A stretch of DNA of 64,000 bases from the human T2T-CHM13v2.0 reference genome, Homo sapiens. Location: the NCBI RefSeq assembly GCF_009914755.1, contig NC_060944.1; one strand, given 5' to 3'. Positions 41,475-56,300 of the stretch are shown here, piece after piece; position 1 is the first letter of the stretch, and the number at the start of each line of letters is the position of its first letter. The notes under the pieces are model-generated. The model saw only the letters and a list, made by a program, of their open reading frames with translations, did no database searches and had not been told where the DNA came from. Made by a program: the position numbers and the translations under genes.

Positions 41475-42360
41475 TGACACTAGACCAAGATGTTAAATCA
41501 CTGTCTTAAACATGCTCAAACAGCTAAAGAAAACAACAGAAAAAAAAACTAAAGAAACATTGGAATATGATGCATTAATAAAATAAGAACAACAGCAAGA
41601 GAATTATAAAAAATAAACAGAAACTTAAGAGTTAAACAGTACAATAATTGAAAAATCCACTAGAGGTGTTCTCCAACTGGTGTGAGCAGTCAGAAGAGAG
41701 ATTCAGAAAACTGGAATATGGAATAATTGAAATTATTGTGACTGGGGAATAGAAAGAAAAAGGAATAAAGAAAAACAAGCAGAACCCGAGGACATTGTAG
41801 GACATTATCAAATGGATCAACACAAACATTGTTAGAGTTCTAGAAGAAGAAAAGAGGAAGAGAGAAAGGAACAGATTATTTGAAGACATAATACCCCAAA
41901 ACCTTTTGAAACTTGATAGAATACATGAATCCTCAAATTTAAGATTCTGAAGAAACTCAAGTTTAACTCAAGGAAAAATTCAGAGACCCACACTAAGACA
42001 CATTATAATCCAACTGTTGAAAACTAAAGTCAGGGAAAGAATCCTGAAAGCAGCAATAGAGAATGGATTCCTCACATACAAGAGTTCTTCAATGAGATGA
42101 TCAGCCAATTTCTTATCAGAAGCACTGGAAGCCAGAAGGCAGAGGAGTGATATGCTGAAAATGCTGAAAGAGGAAAAACCTATCAACCAAGAATCTTATA
42201 CCTGGGAAAACTATCCTCTAAACATGAGGGAGAAATTAAGATATTCTCAGATGAATAAAAACTAAGAGAGTTCACTACCATTAAACCTTACCTACAAGAG
42301 TGGTTTCAGGTAGAAATAAAAGGATGCTACATGGCAACTGCAAGTTGTATAAATAAAAAT
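41475..42360 (+). mobile_element. Old L1M ORF1-region fragment
   Basis: Paralog of 20405-21420. Confidence 0.75.
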
Positions 42361-42362
42361 GT

Positions 42363-42706
<344 letters not shown>

Positions 42707-45319
42707 TCCTGCTACATGTAAATTTATTTTAGTTCATATTTTTCTGATGCTTCAACATCCCACAATCATGCTGTGAGTACCCTGCCCAGGTGACCAGGTG
42801 CACCAGTGTGATAAGGCTGGCTCCTGGCACAATTTCCCTTTCTTGCCCTCCCATATTGTGACCTAATCCCATAAAAAGACACCAGTAAATCCCATCATGC
42901 TCTTTGCTTGTACCCTCTACCCTGACTCCCAGTAAAGGCACTTGCTGAGGAATTCTTTCTCTCTTGCTTCCCCATCTGCTTGATTGAGCCTGCTTCCTAG
43001 GAGCTCTTCTCATATGGCTTTCTACGTAGCATGCCCTACTTCCCTCTCTAGGACCTGTGAGTAAAATAAATCATATTCCACATGCCTTTCCAAGTGAAAA
43101 TTTCATGACCATCTTAGAGTGATTCATAAAGACCCAATAGCCTGACTTTAGCATTTTCAATACCAATGGCAATGAGAATGGGATCATTCTAAACTGGGGT
43201 GGAAATTTCCTAGGAGATGCTCTTTAACTATTCATGGCTTACTAATTTGCTACTCTGATTGGCTCCACAACTTGAGAAGGCTTTTTACACTGATGGCTTT
43301 CTTTTGCTGTGCTATGTGCAGCTTCATGTTACCTTTTGGAGTTCTGCCAAGACTCTCTATCCTGAAGTGAGGATCCTGTTTAAATATCAATAATGACATC
43401 TACATTTCTTCAAGAGCACAGGATGACATAACATTGATAACAACCTCTTCAAAGGAGATTCATGTGATGTGCATATTAACATCACATTATCCAGCATCTC
43501 TAAGTTGTTTTGAGGCGCCAGTGGCAACATATTCTTCTTTTACAAAGTTTATTTACAAATTAAAATCAATAGGCACCCCTGTTAGTGCCTATAAACAAAG
43601 AAACAAAAATACCTCTTCTCTGTGGAGACTTTAGCAATTTCTTTCATGCTTTTTGGAGTTTCTAGACCATTCATGATGGCCATACATCTCCCCAGGGCCT
43701 TTGATGCAAAAACAATGCCCCTCTCACCCTTGTGCTATATTCCATTAAAACAACAAATGCCTGGTTACCTACTGGGCTCTCCCATCCTGGAGTCCAGATC
43801 TAGGAACAATACTCTCCTGTTGCAATCATGAACCGTAGATTGTCCCACATGCAAGGCTCTGCTCATCTGAAATGGGGCCCATTGGAACCTAAACTTCCAC
43901 TGAAAAGCAAAATTAAAATTTCCGTCAGGTGCAGCTGCACACCATTTTGTGGACTGTTGGTCTTATAATTTGTTGATGCAACAATTCTCAACCAAATACT
44001 AACAAACTGAATTTAACAGCATATTAGAAGGATTCTACACCATGAGTAAGTGGAATTTATTCCTAGAATACAAAGATGTTTCAATATACAAATGATAATG
44101 TAATATATCATATTTACACAGTGAAGAGAAAAAGACACGATTATCTCATTTGATGTAGAAAAGCATTTGACAAATTTGAACATCTTTTTATGAGAAAAAT
44201 AATCAATAAAAGGAATATATGGACATTTCCACAACATGATAAAATCATATACTCATACTACACTATTTTATTTATCTACTTATCATGTGTATTGGTTATT
44301 ATCATTTCTCCAGTAGAATATAAGCTCCAAAAGGTCAACCACTTTTGCTCTTTTATTCACCAATGCATGCCATGTTCTATGTCAGGTCCTGGCACATAGT
44401 AGCTATCCAATATATAGGTGTGTAAGGTGTGAATTACTCATTAGAACACTTCCCTGGGACACTGAAATCTATTTTAAGTGGACTGCATCTGTGATATTTG
44501 CTAGAAACTGAGTTTCCCATGTAGATGACTTGGTTTAAAAAACATTCATTTGCATACACAAAGAAAGCAGAAGAGCCCAGAAGGAGAAAACCACAAACCC
44601 TCTTCCCTATACCACAACCCCACTCACTCCCAGGAGCAGCAGCTGCAAGAAGTCTCATGGCATAGCATCAAGGCCACAAGTATTTGACAAGAGTGACGGT
44701 GAAACCTGTGATCTCTGGAGTCAGAGTGCCTGAGTTCGAATCATACCAATGAGCATCCACACAACTCTTTGTGCTTCTGTTTTCTTATCTGTGAGCAGTG
44801 GGAGGAGGTTAAGGGGAATATTTATTCTGGGCATAACGACCATCTGAGGTAACAGCTATAAGGCATTTCCAACAGTGTCTAGCACATGGTGAGTATTCAA
44901 AAATTGTAAATTATTACTTTTTAGATTTTCTAAGTCATGGAGGCTTCAATCGACATTATATGATATGCATATGGATACAGCTATTGATATAACCATAGAT
45001 GTAGATAACATAGACAGCGCTCTCTGTTTTATCCCTTTCTTTCTTCCTCACTCTTACCCTTCATGAAAGAGGGAACTCTAAGACAGTAATGCACAGAAGT
45101 TCTGCTTTAAAATAAAACTCATTTTACCAAGAGAGAAGTTGCTTACCTATTGCTTATCTTAACAGATTGGGAGAGTTTCAGTGGTAATATCAGATGGTAG
45201 AAAGGGGAAGAGAGTGGCTGGGCAACAGGGAAAACCAAACATCTCTTCAATGTGCATTTCATGTAGACTAAAATATGAATGGAAGAGAATGTCTTTTTAA
45301 AATCCTGTGTGTTTCAGCA

Positions 45320-47730
45320 TGATTAAGTGAGATTTTTCTCAGGAATACAAGGATGCTTCAATAAACATAAATCTACAAATGCAATACAGTACATCAGCAG
45401 AATGAAGGACAAAAACCATAGGACCATATCAACAATGACAAAAAAAGCATATGACAAAATTTAACATTTTTTCATTGTAAAAATGCTCAAAAAATTAGAT
45501 GTAAAATGAATGCTCCTCAGTACAATGAAATCCATATAGGACATATCCACAGCTAACATGATATCCAGTGAAGAAAAGTGAAAAGCTTTTTCTCTAAGAT
45601 CAGGAACAAGACAAGGATATCCTGTCTCACTAATTCTATGCAACATAGTATCAGAAGTCCTATCCAGAATAATTATCAAGAGAAAGAAATGAAAGTCATA
45701 CAAATCAGAAAGGAAGAATTTAAATTGTTGCTGTTTTCAGAAGACACTATCTTATACATAGAAAATCCTAAAATCTCTAAAAACAATTAGATCAAAAAAG
45801 CAAATAAAGTTGCAAAATAGAAACTTAACATGCAAAATCAGTGCATTTCTATACACTTATGACAAATTAGCATAAAAAGATTAATAGAATAATCTCATTT
45901 ACCATTGCTTCAAAAAACTAAAATATCTAGGAGTAAATTTAATCAAGTAAGTGAAAGATCTGCCCCCTGAAAACTATGAATCACTGATGAAAGAAATAGA
46001 AGACACACAATGACAAGATATGTGTGTTTAGGGATTGGAGAATTAATACTGTTTAAATATTTCCTGAGGAGATCTACAAATTCAGTTCAATCCTAAAAAA
46101 ATTCCAATGATATTTTCCACAGAAATTGACAGAACAATCTGAAATTAATATTAACTACAGAAAACCATGAATAGGTGAAGCCATCTTGAGCAAAAGAAGA
46201 AAGCTGGAGGCACCAGACTGCCTTATTTCAAAATCTGGTACAATGCTATAATAATCAAAATAGCATGGCATTGGCATAAGAAGAGACACATAGATCGATG
46301 GTACAGAATAGAGAGTCCAGAAACAAACTTACATATTTTTGCTTAATTGACTTTTGACAAAACTGTTAGACATACAATGAGGAAAGACCAGTCTTCAAAA
46401 ACTGGTGTTGGCAAAACTGGATGTCCACATGTAAAGGAATAAAATTGGACCTTCATCTTATATCACATAAAAAAATCAACTAAAATGGATTAAAGACATA
46501 AATGTAAGATCCAAAACTGTAAAAGTACTAGAAGAAAAGTGCCATGACATTGGTCTGGGCAGTTAATTTTGGGATATAAACCCAGAAGGACAGACAACAA
46601 AAGCAAAAATAGACACATGCGATTCCAACAAACTAAACACTGTCTACACAGGCAAGAAAACAATCAACAGAGTGAAGAGACAACCTGTAGAATGGGAGAA
46701 TATTTGCAAACCATACATCTGATAAAAAGTCAATATATAAAATATAGAAGGAAGTCAAACAACTCCATAGTGAGAAAACAACCCAAAATATAAAATACAG
46801 GCCAAATATCTGAACAGACATTTCTCAAAAGAAGACATTCAAATGGCTGTAGGCATATGAAAAAAATCCAACATTACTATTCTCCTGAGAAATGTAAATT
46901 AAAACCACAGTGAGATATCATCTCACACCAGGTAGAATGGCTATTATAAAATCAATGATATTTAACTAGTGTTGGAGAGGGTGTGCAGAGAAGAAAACTC
47001 TTGCATACTGTTGGTGAGAATGTAAATTAGTTCAGCCATGATAGAAACAGTATGGCGATTCCTCAAAAATTAAAATAGAACTACTATGATCCGGCCATCT
47101 CACTACTGGGTATACAATCAATGGAAGCGAAGTCAACATGTCACAGAAATATCTGCACTCCCATGTTCACTGCAGCACTATTTAGAATAGCTGAGATATG
47201 GGATCAATCTAAGTGTCCATCATCAACAGACAAACTGATAAGGAAAATACACAATGGAATTCTAATCAGCCTTACCAAAGAAGGAAATCCTGTAATTTTT
47301 GACAACATACATAAACTTGGGGGACTTTATGCTAAATGAAAAAAGCCAGGTGCAGAAAGACAAATACCACATGATCTCACTCATATGTGGAATCTAAAAA
47401 AGTTGAACACATAGAAATAGACAGTAGAATGGGTGTTACCAGGGGCTAGGGAGGAGGTATGGCTGGGGAGAGATTGGTCAAAGGATACAAAATTTCAGTT
47501 AGATAGGAGAAATATGATTAAGCGATTACCTGTACAATATGGAGTCCATATTTAATAACATCCATTATACTAAGAGAGCAGATTTTATGAGTTCTCTCCA
47601 CAAAAAAAGATACGTATGTAAGATCATGCATATGTTAATTAGCTCAATCTAGTCATTTCAAAATGTATACATATTTCTTAATATGTTGTAGATATGCATA
47701 ATTTTGACAAATAGAAAATAAAACTACAAT
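45320..47730 (+). mobile_element. L1MA-type ORF2 3' half and 3'UTR
   Basis: ORF2-like peptides (ORFs 45578, 47121); paralog of 24460-26450. Confidence 0.85.
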
Positions 47731-47926
47731 TTTTTGTTAAAAATTTAATTTAAAATAGAAAGAGAAATAATAAAAAATAAAAACTCCTGTGTGTGTATTC
47801 TTACACTCGTATACACAAATGTGTATACACACACTCACACATACACACATTCATAAACACATATAAAAGCATGGCCTATCATGCTAATATACAAGGTTGT
47901 TTTGTGCACTGAATAAAATTATAACA

Positions 47927-48227
47927 CTTTTTTTTTTCGAGACAGTCTCACTGTCCCTCTGCTGCCCAGGCTGGAGTGCAGTGGCATGATCTTGGCTTAC
48001 TGTAACCTCCGCCTCCTGGGTTCAAACAATTCTCGTGCCTCAGCCTCCCAAGAAGCTGAGGTTATAGACATGCACCACCATGCACAGCTAATTTTTTTTG
48101 TATTTTTAGTAGGGACAGGGTTTTTCCATGTTGGCCAGGCTGGTCTTGAACTCCTGGCTTCAAGCAATCCATTTGCCTAGGCCTCCCAAAGTGCTGGGAT
48201 TACAGGCATGAGCCACCCTGCCCGACC
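47927..48227 (-). mobile_element. Alu (J/S)
   Basis: Reverse Alu flanked by aaattataa(c/t)ac repeats. Confidence 0.88.
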
Positions 48228-48921
48228 TAAATTATAATACATTTTAAAAGCTCAGTAAAATATCTGGCACATAGAAAGCATCCAACACATTATTAACAAA
48301 AGGTTGGAGTGCATACAACAGGGTTTTAACTCTGGTTGTCTCTGACTGGTGTGATGGGTGGTGATTGTTCCTCTGTTTTCCTCCCTGCACTTTCTAATTT
48401 TTCTGCAATTAACATAAACTGGCTTAAAGAAGGAACTCTGGAGCTGCTCCATTGACTGAGCTAGGAGACAATGAACAAGTTCCTCCCTCTGCCTGACTCC
48501 CCTTTTGCAAGTAGAGGATAACAACTGTAGCTTTCACACAGTGATATTGTGAGGATTAGTCACATTAATACAAAATGCTAAGAAATGTGTCTGTCTTATC
48601 AGAAGAGTTTAATTGGTGAACTATTATTGTAGTAATTTCACTACAGTGTATGTGTAAGAAAAATACTTTTAAAAGTGGGAGCCCTGCCCTTTAGGATCTG
48701 TGAGGGGACATCACAGCAGGGCCCACTGGGGAGCTGAGAAGGTACTATGCCCAGCCCTGTGACCATGGGGTCAGCTCCATGGATTGAGAAAGGGGTGAGG
48801 ACAAGCAGCCCGGCTCTCAAAGGCTGCACCAGTTAAGGCCCTCCAGTCCTGCCTGTCTTGGGGAAGGGGAAATAAAATCTCCACAGAAAAGTCTAGGGAA
48901 CAAAGGAATGTTATGGGGACC

Positions 48922-49631
<710 letters not shown>

Positions 49632-50248
49632 GGACCCAGCAAGCAGAAGATGTGGAACTTCTTAAAAAGGAACTGGCCACAGAGAAATGGTGGTAACACT
49701 CAGATCACAGAGGAGGGAGGAATGGGGGGAACACAGGGCAAAGGGAGGAGCACCCTTAGGGAGGATGGTGGATGCAGGACATCTCCAGGAAACACTGCAC
49801 CCCTGCCCAACTCAAGCAGGCACCATTTCAGACTTCACTTCTTCAGGATGGTGCACAGAGAGGGCTGGGCTTGGAGCCACACAGCCTTGTCAGGCTGTCT
49901 CTGAGCTCACTCTGTGGGCTTCCGCGGGTTGCTTTGCCTCTGGAGCCTCAAGAGTTGCAAGGATTTAAATAATGATTCTTTTGAATGTGTTGTGTAAACT
50001 GAACTACTATAAAAATGTAAGTAATTGTTTTGGTGGTGGTTGAAGCATCATGTGGTTTGATGCCTCTGGTAGCCAGCTGCAGATCCACAGAGGAAGTATG
50101 CACCTCCCTGATCTTCTGCTCTTAGACAATGCCCAGTCCTTGACTTTCCTTGGCAGCACTTGTGGTTGTCTGGAATCCCTGGAAGCCCAGGGGAAGGCCA
50201 TGGCTCCGTGGTGAAGAAGAAAGCATTCTAGCCCAAGGCAATGCTCAC

Positions 50249-50321
50249 CTGTGAGTCCTAGCAGGAGAGTCAGCAGCAGGAAAGGACCAGGAGGGTGGGG
50301 CCAGGAGGCTAGGATGGGCAT
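50249..50321 (-). CDS. Unit B leader (signal peptide) exon
   Basis: ccaggATG (A at -3) MPILASWPHPPGPFLLLTLLLGLT G|GTGAG; 73 nt; nearly identical to the SIRPG/SIRPB1 signal peptides. Confidence 0.8.
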
Positions 50322-50420
50322 CCTGGAGACATCAGGGGCCTGCTCTGTTCAAACGTCTGTGCTGGGGAGATCTCAGGCTCTGCTCTAAGTAGATAAGACA
50401 AGCGCTGGCTCCCTCGATTC

Positions 50421-50430
50421 AAGAGGAAGT
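50421..50430 (+). promoter_or_regulatory. PU.1/ETS site AAGAGGAAGT, 100 bp upstream of the unit B ATG
   Basis: Motif plus positional conservation with unit A. Confidence 0.5.
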
Positions 50431-50470
50431 AGTTGTGATGAAGTGAGACAGTAACCTGCTTCTAGATTGT

Positions 50471-53397
50471 GACATAGAAACCAGGCACAGCACGCAGCTA
50501 CAAAGTAGAGTTCTCATGCTCCATTTTCAGGAGAATCAGACACACTTAGCAGAAATAATGCTTCCTGCACACCTTGACCATGTTCTCTCTCCCTACATCA
50601 CCCCTATCTCCATCTCAGATATTTTTGCTGATTCTGCAATTGGGGGTTTTAGGCCAAGAAAGATCTGTGATTGTGAGCTATGCCCTAAACTGTCCATGTC
50701 AAGACCGTAAGATGTGGCTGGCTTGCTGCCTTAGTCTGCACCAGTTTCAAACAAACGCTACTCAGCTGGAGGCAGGAGGAACATTTACAGGACTTGCTCA
50801 GCACTGGAGAGGAACCAGATCTGCTCCTGAAATGATTCCTTATTCCAAAAGTTTGTTGATGTAACTGCCCAAACTTAGCCCAAATTCAGTCTAATCTGGG
50901 ACCTTAGCATTTTCATGTGCCTGCATCCAGCAGAAGGAATCATTTCACGACTTCCTCCAGGAGAGGAAGTGGGTTTAGAGTAATAAGGATCTGCTTTAGG
51001 AGGTAGGTGGGGATTATGGATTCCAGAGATGGGACAGGGTTATGATGGGAGGAGAATATGGTGGACAGGTTCCTGGGGCCATCACCTCAATTTCAGTACC
51101 TTTTGTTCTGTAAACAGAACACCTATTTCATTCACTACTGTATTCAGATAAGACCTGAGGAGGGAGGAAGAATAAATGCCCCAACCAAGAGTGTGTGCTA
51201 AGGAGTTGGGCAAGCTACTGGGCCCTCCTAGGCTCAGTTTCGCTAAACTGTGGATAATAAGTTTAGGATAATATCTCCTAAATGTGGATAATAAGGCTTT
51301 CCCTGCAGATGTTATGGTGGAGACTAAAAGAGACGTTATAACTATACCATGCCTGAAACACAGTCGGGCATTATTGATACTCATGGTGCCATGTAAACAG
51401 AGGGAACTCAGGTATTGCTTTTGAATGGATCCTTACTGCCTGGCAAGTTGCAGGGACTTCCTCCTATCTAACTCCCTGGTCCTCCTGGGACCCAGCTTAC
51501 ATGAAGCACTTGGACTACCCCTGCCATCCTGATATCAATGGCTCCCTCTGGGATTTTCTTCATCCTGCTCCCTGTCAATCCATACATTAATCCCTCCACT
51601 TATAATTTCCAACTGTGTGGCTTTCAACAAGACACTTTACTTCTCTGAGCCTTAGTTTGATTGTACGTAAATGGAGGTTATAACGTGCACCTTGTAGAGA
51701 TACGGTAGAATAATATAAGCTATACAAAATGCTAGACTTCTACTTAATTATAGCCAAAAAACTGTGGCAACAATTTTTTTGTGTAGAAGAAGCATTCACT
51801 GCTTCCCTGCCACAGCTGTACTTTAGAAAAACCACTTTATTGGGAGAAATGGTTTCTCTTCCATCATCTATGACTAACAAAGCCCTGTCCAAAAACATTT
51901 CTGTTGCATTCTGGGTTTTAGATTCTTCATCTGTCATGAGAAATTGTCAAATAAAATTGTAAAATTTATCATATTTTTATTTAAATGTTTCAATGTGGCA
52001 GATATGCACATGGTGAAATCTTCCCGTCTGTGATTCCACACTCACAGAAAGGAAAATGAAAAATTATATAATTATATTAATCAATGTCTAATTACACTTA
52101 TGAACAAGAAATGAGTCTCCACATAACATGAATGAAGAGTGGCCGCATCATTTATTGAAGATGTGTTATGCTCCAGATACTGCATCAAACATGGTATGTC
52201 AGATCTCATTAAATCATTACTCCAACCCCATGAGGTAAGTGCTACCATTAACCTCCTTTTACAGGTGAGGACACCTGAGGCGGATAGAGAGTAATGAATT
52301 TGCTCAAGATCACCCAGCTTTCAGAATTAGAACATAGACTGTCACACTCCACAGCCTTCACTTTTAATGTTTGCTCTATGACAGTTCTCATAGGGAGGGA
52401 GAGTCTGTTAGTCTGTTCTCATACTGCTATAAGGACAAACTTGAGACTGGGTAATTTATAAAGGAAAGAGGTTTAATTGACTCACAGTTCTGCAGGGCTG
52501 GGGAGGCCTCAGGAAACTTACAGTCATGGTAGAAGGGGAAGCAAACACATTGCTCTTCACATGGTGGTGCAAGAAGTGCTGAGCAAAGGGAGAAAAGCCC
52601 CTTATAAAACCATCAGATCTCATGAGAACTCGCTCACTGTCATGAGAACAGCATGGGGTAACGGCCTCCACGATTCAATTACCTCTCACCAGGTCCCTCC
52701 CATAACACGGAGGGATTATGGAAACTACAACACAAGATGAGATTTGGGTGGGGACACGGCCAAACCATACCAGAGAGACATCTTTCAGGAAGTAAGCAGA
52801 GAAGAAGCCATAGCCTCAATTAGAAGCAGCCACCACAGGGAGGTTGGGGCAGGTGCCATGCTTCATGAGACCCTGACAACCCCTAATCACTTGGGGCGTT
52901 ATTCCTGGAAAGATAGCAGTGCATGCAGGAATCTCCAAAGATTTGGAGAACAGCAGCACCATGAGAGCTAGCTAACCAATCCAAGAACAACAATAACTAA
53001 AAGCAAAAACAGCAATAAAGAGAACTTCTCCACAGAGAAAACATTAAAAAAAGTCAATGTGAAAAGGTCTTTAAAATTAGTATATTCAATAACCTTATAA
53101 AGAAAACCGAAGTAAATCCATAAAACATCAGGTATTTATGAAACAAGAATAGGCAGGCATGAAATAACAACAGGCATCTAAGGAAAATACCAAAACACAG
53201 ACTGGAAATGAAAACATAATTAGTGCTGAATTTTTTAAATTAGTAGGTTTAGTAGCTGAGATATATAAATAAGTAGTAAGTTGGTGAGCTGGGTGATCAT
53301 GTCAGGGAAATCTCCAAGCATCCAGCACAAAGAGACACACCCAAACAAAGTAATATAAATAGGTACAAATATAGGAATAGCAAAAGATATACCACAA
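50471..53397 (-). repeat. Segmental-duplication copy 3 of the SIRP 5' flank
   Basis: Colinear with 1-2518; ends at the L1PB 5' end. Confidence 0.9.
52404..52772 (-). mobile_element. THE1 (C/D-like) solo LTR
   Basis: 'ttagtctgttctcatactgctataagg...ggggacacggccaaaccatacca'; 5-bp TSD gagag. Confidence 0.88.
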
Positions 53398-56300
53398 AAG
53401 CTTTTCAAGATGGCAGATTAGACGCATTGCTAGCATACTTCTCCCACTTGGAAGGAAAAAATAGTGTGTAGAGAGTCACACTGAGAACTTATTTCCAAGA
53501 AGCGACACAGAAACTGAATAGGAAAACCGAAGGAATCGACAGACCTTTTGAAGGAAGCAGGAGGCTGCCGCCTACACTGTGAGTCAGGCAAGGGCTGCGA
53601 GTCCCCAGAGTGAGAGGAAGGGAGAGACTGCCTTGGGGATAGACACCCCCACCAGGGACCCTGAAAGTCCAGGCAATGGGGGAAGGCTCTAACTCCAACC
53701 AGCGCAGGAACCGACTTGGGGAGGCCTGTGGAATATAAAAGTAGGAGCAACGGCGGGACGACCCGTGAATGCACTTCCAGATCCTCGTGTGGACCGATGG
53801 AAGCCATTCCCTACTGTTCCACACAGGGGACTCTCCGGAGGACAGCCGAAAAGTTCAAGCAGTTGGTCTCAGGTTGAAGGAAGCCCCCAAGGGGGTTTCA
53901 CAATAGAACCTTGGGTGGGGATGAACTCCCTTGGCCAGGACCAGGGCAGGGGAGAGTGAAAAGTGGGCTGCAACCGCAAGTGCAGGAGCCAGGCACCAGG
54001 CTTTCCAGTGGATGGGGAGAGGCGTGGTCTGAAAGCGGCTGTTATTTTCACATGGGCAACTGGAGTTCTGAGTGCAGGCTGACTGGAACTTAGCTCACTG
54101 CTGCCAGTGTAACACTGTGGGAGTGGATCTGCCTCGCCAAGTACGTGGGAACTGTGTGGGGGCTTACCGCTGCCTGCTACTCACCATTCCATGTGCGAAC
54201 CCTTCTGTGCAGCACAGGCAGCAATACTCCCCTCCGGAAGGTCAACCCAGTGACCTGAGACCTGCTCCCATCCCCACAACACCCACAGGGGCTGCTGTGT
54301 ACCCTGCCAGCAAAGACTCAGAGGGCAAACCCGCCTGACCCAGCTCCCATCTGGCTTTGCTCTGCCACTTGCCCTGGTAGCTTCACATAAAGGACAGAAA
54401 ATCTTGAGAACTATATGCCTCTCCTCATTGCCTGAGAAACCAGAGTACCCGCACTGGGCAACATAAGGCAAGCAAAAATCCTACTGCTACTACAGCGGCT
54501 GGTGCTCTTTTGCAAGCGTCACCTCCTGGCTGGAAGCCAACCAACACAGTCCATGATAGCATCTCCTGGTGGAATAGCACTGCGCCCAAGAAGGAGAAGA
54601 CAGCTGTGAAATCTCCGTTATCACTACTGCCTGCACCACTCTGGCTAACCAGGAGGTCCTGAGCCTGTCCATATGATTAGATCATTCCACTCTAACTGGT
54701 ATTCAAGAAAGTGAGTACACTAAGGCTATCAATAAACAAGGAATCTCACAGAGTCTACATCACTCACCTGCTACCACCATTAGAGCTAGTGCTGCTACCC
54801 ACTGCTGGGAGACTTGAGGACAGGTTGTATCACCAGATCCCTTGCAGACACTCCCCAACATGAGCCTGGAGTGTGGCAACTTCACTGGATGGCTAGACCC
54901 AGAGGAACAATAACACTTACAGTAGCCTGGCTCCCAGGGATCCCCACTCTTAGGAGAAGGGGGAGTGCACCACACCAAGGGAACATCCTGTGAGACAAAG
55001 GAATCCAGACAACAGGACTTGAGCATCAGATATTTCCACTGGTGGGAAGTTAACAGAGGCACAATTGTAGTGCTGGCCTCAGCAGGGAAAATCTTCAGCT
55101 CTAGCCCAACAGTCAGACAGCCTTGGTGCCCATGAAGGGCTTTGGATAAGGAAATATCTTTTCTCCCTTGTCCACCACCACAGGCACGGTTAGGGCTTTT
55201 CCCATGGGAGTTAAGTGTGGGTTAAACTATAGACGCCCTTTCTGGAACACGTCAGGGTGATGGCATCCCCACAGGAGGAGCATCCTCCAGGTGCCGGCTT
55301 GCATGAGAGACAGAGTCACAATTCCTCTCTACTTGAACATCAACATTCCTACCCATGAAGAGGTGCCTGTCTGATCTGAATGCTGGAGTACTAGGACTGG
55401 AGTGTGTCTGAGAGGTGAATAAATTTCCTGCTGACCTGGCAGGGGAGCTAAGGTGGCTTCAACCCTTCCTTCTGATAAGACCTCAGTGCAACTCACTGAG
55501 AGCTCCTCCAAGAACCTCTGTCAAAACTGGGACCTCTGCCCACCATTGGGTATCGCATTTGCCCATCTGCTGTAGCCACAACTAGTCCCTACCCAGGGAC
55601 ACCTCCCCTATTGGCCCCTACTACAACTAGCATGTGGGAAAGCCATTATACAAAGACTTATAACCAGGGAACTCTTACAGTCTTCATCCCTGGAAGCACC
55701 AAGAACCAAATTAGGCTGTAACTAACTATAAGTATTAAAGTCTCATCCTTAAGGGGAAAAAGAAATTAAAACAAACAACAAACTTAGTCAAATCAAACAT
55801 AAATTCAAGAATAGTTAGAAGAAATAGCCTACCCAAATAAGAAGGAACCAGAATATAAACTCTGGTAATATGACAAAATATGGTTCTATAATACCCCCAA
55901 AGGATCACACTAGCTCTACAGCAATGGATGCAAACCAAGATGAAATATTTGAAAATACCAGATAAGGACTTATTAAGCTACTCAAGGAGATATCAGAGAA
56001 AGGTGAAAACCATCATAAAAAATTTTTCTAAGTTTAGGATATGAATGAAAAATTTTCTAGACAGATAGATATCATCAAGAAAAACCAATTTGAATTTCTG
56101 GAAATGAAAGACACACTTAGGGAATTACAAAATGCAGTAGAGACTTTTAATAATACACTAAAACAAGTAGAAGAAAGAATTTCAGAGCTTGGAGACAAGG
56201 CTTTTGAATTAATTCTATTAGGCAAAAATTTTTTTAAAAAGGGTCAAAAGAAATGAACAAAGTCTCCAAGAAATACAGGATTATGTAAAATGGCCAAATC

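Noticed and set aside
50007-50321. 104-aa ORF as a complete protein
   Set aside because: Only the first 24 codons are SIRP-like; the rest is intron read-through past GTGAG.
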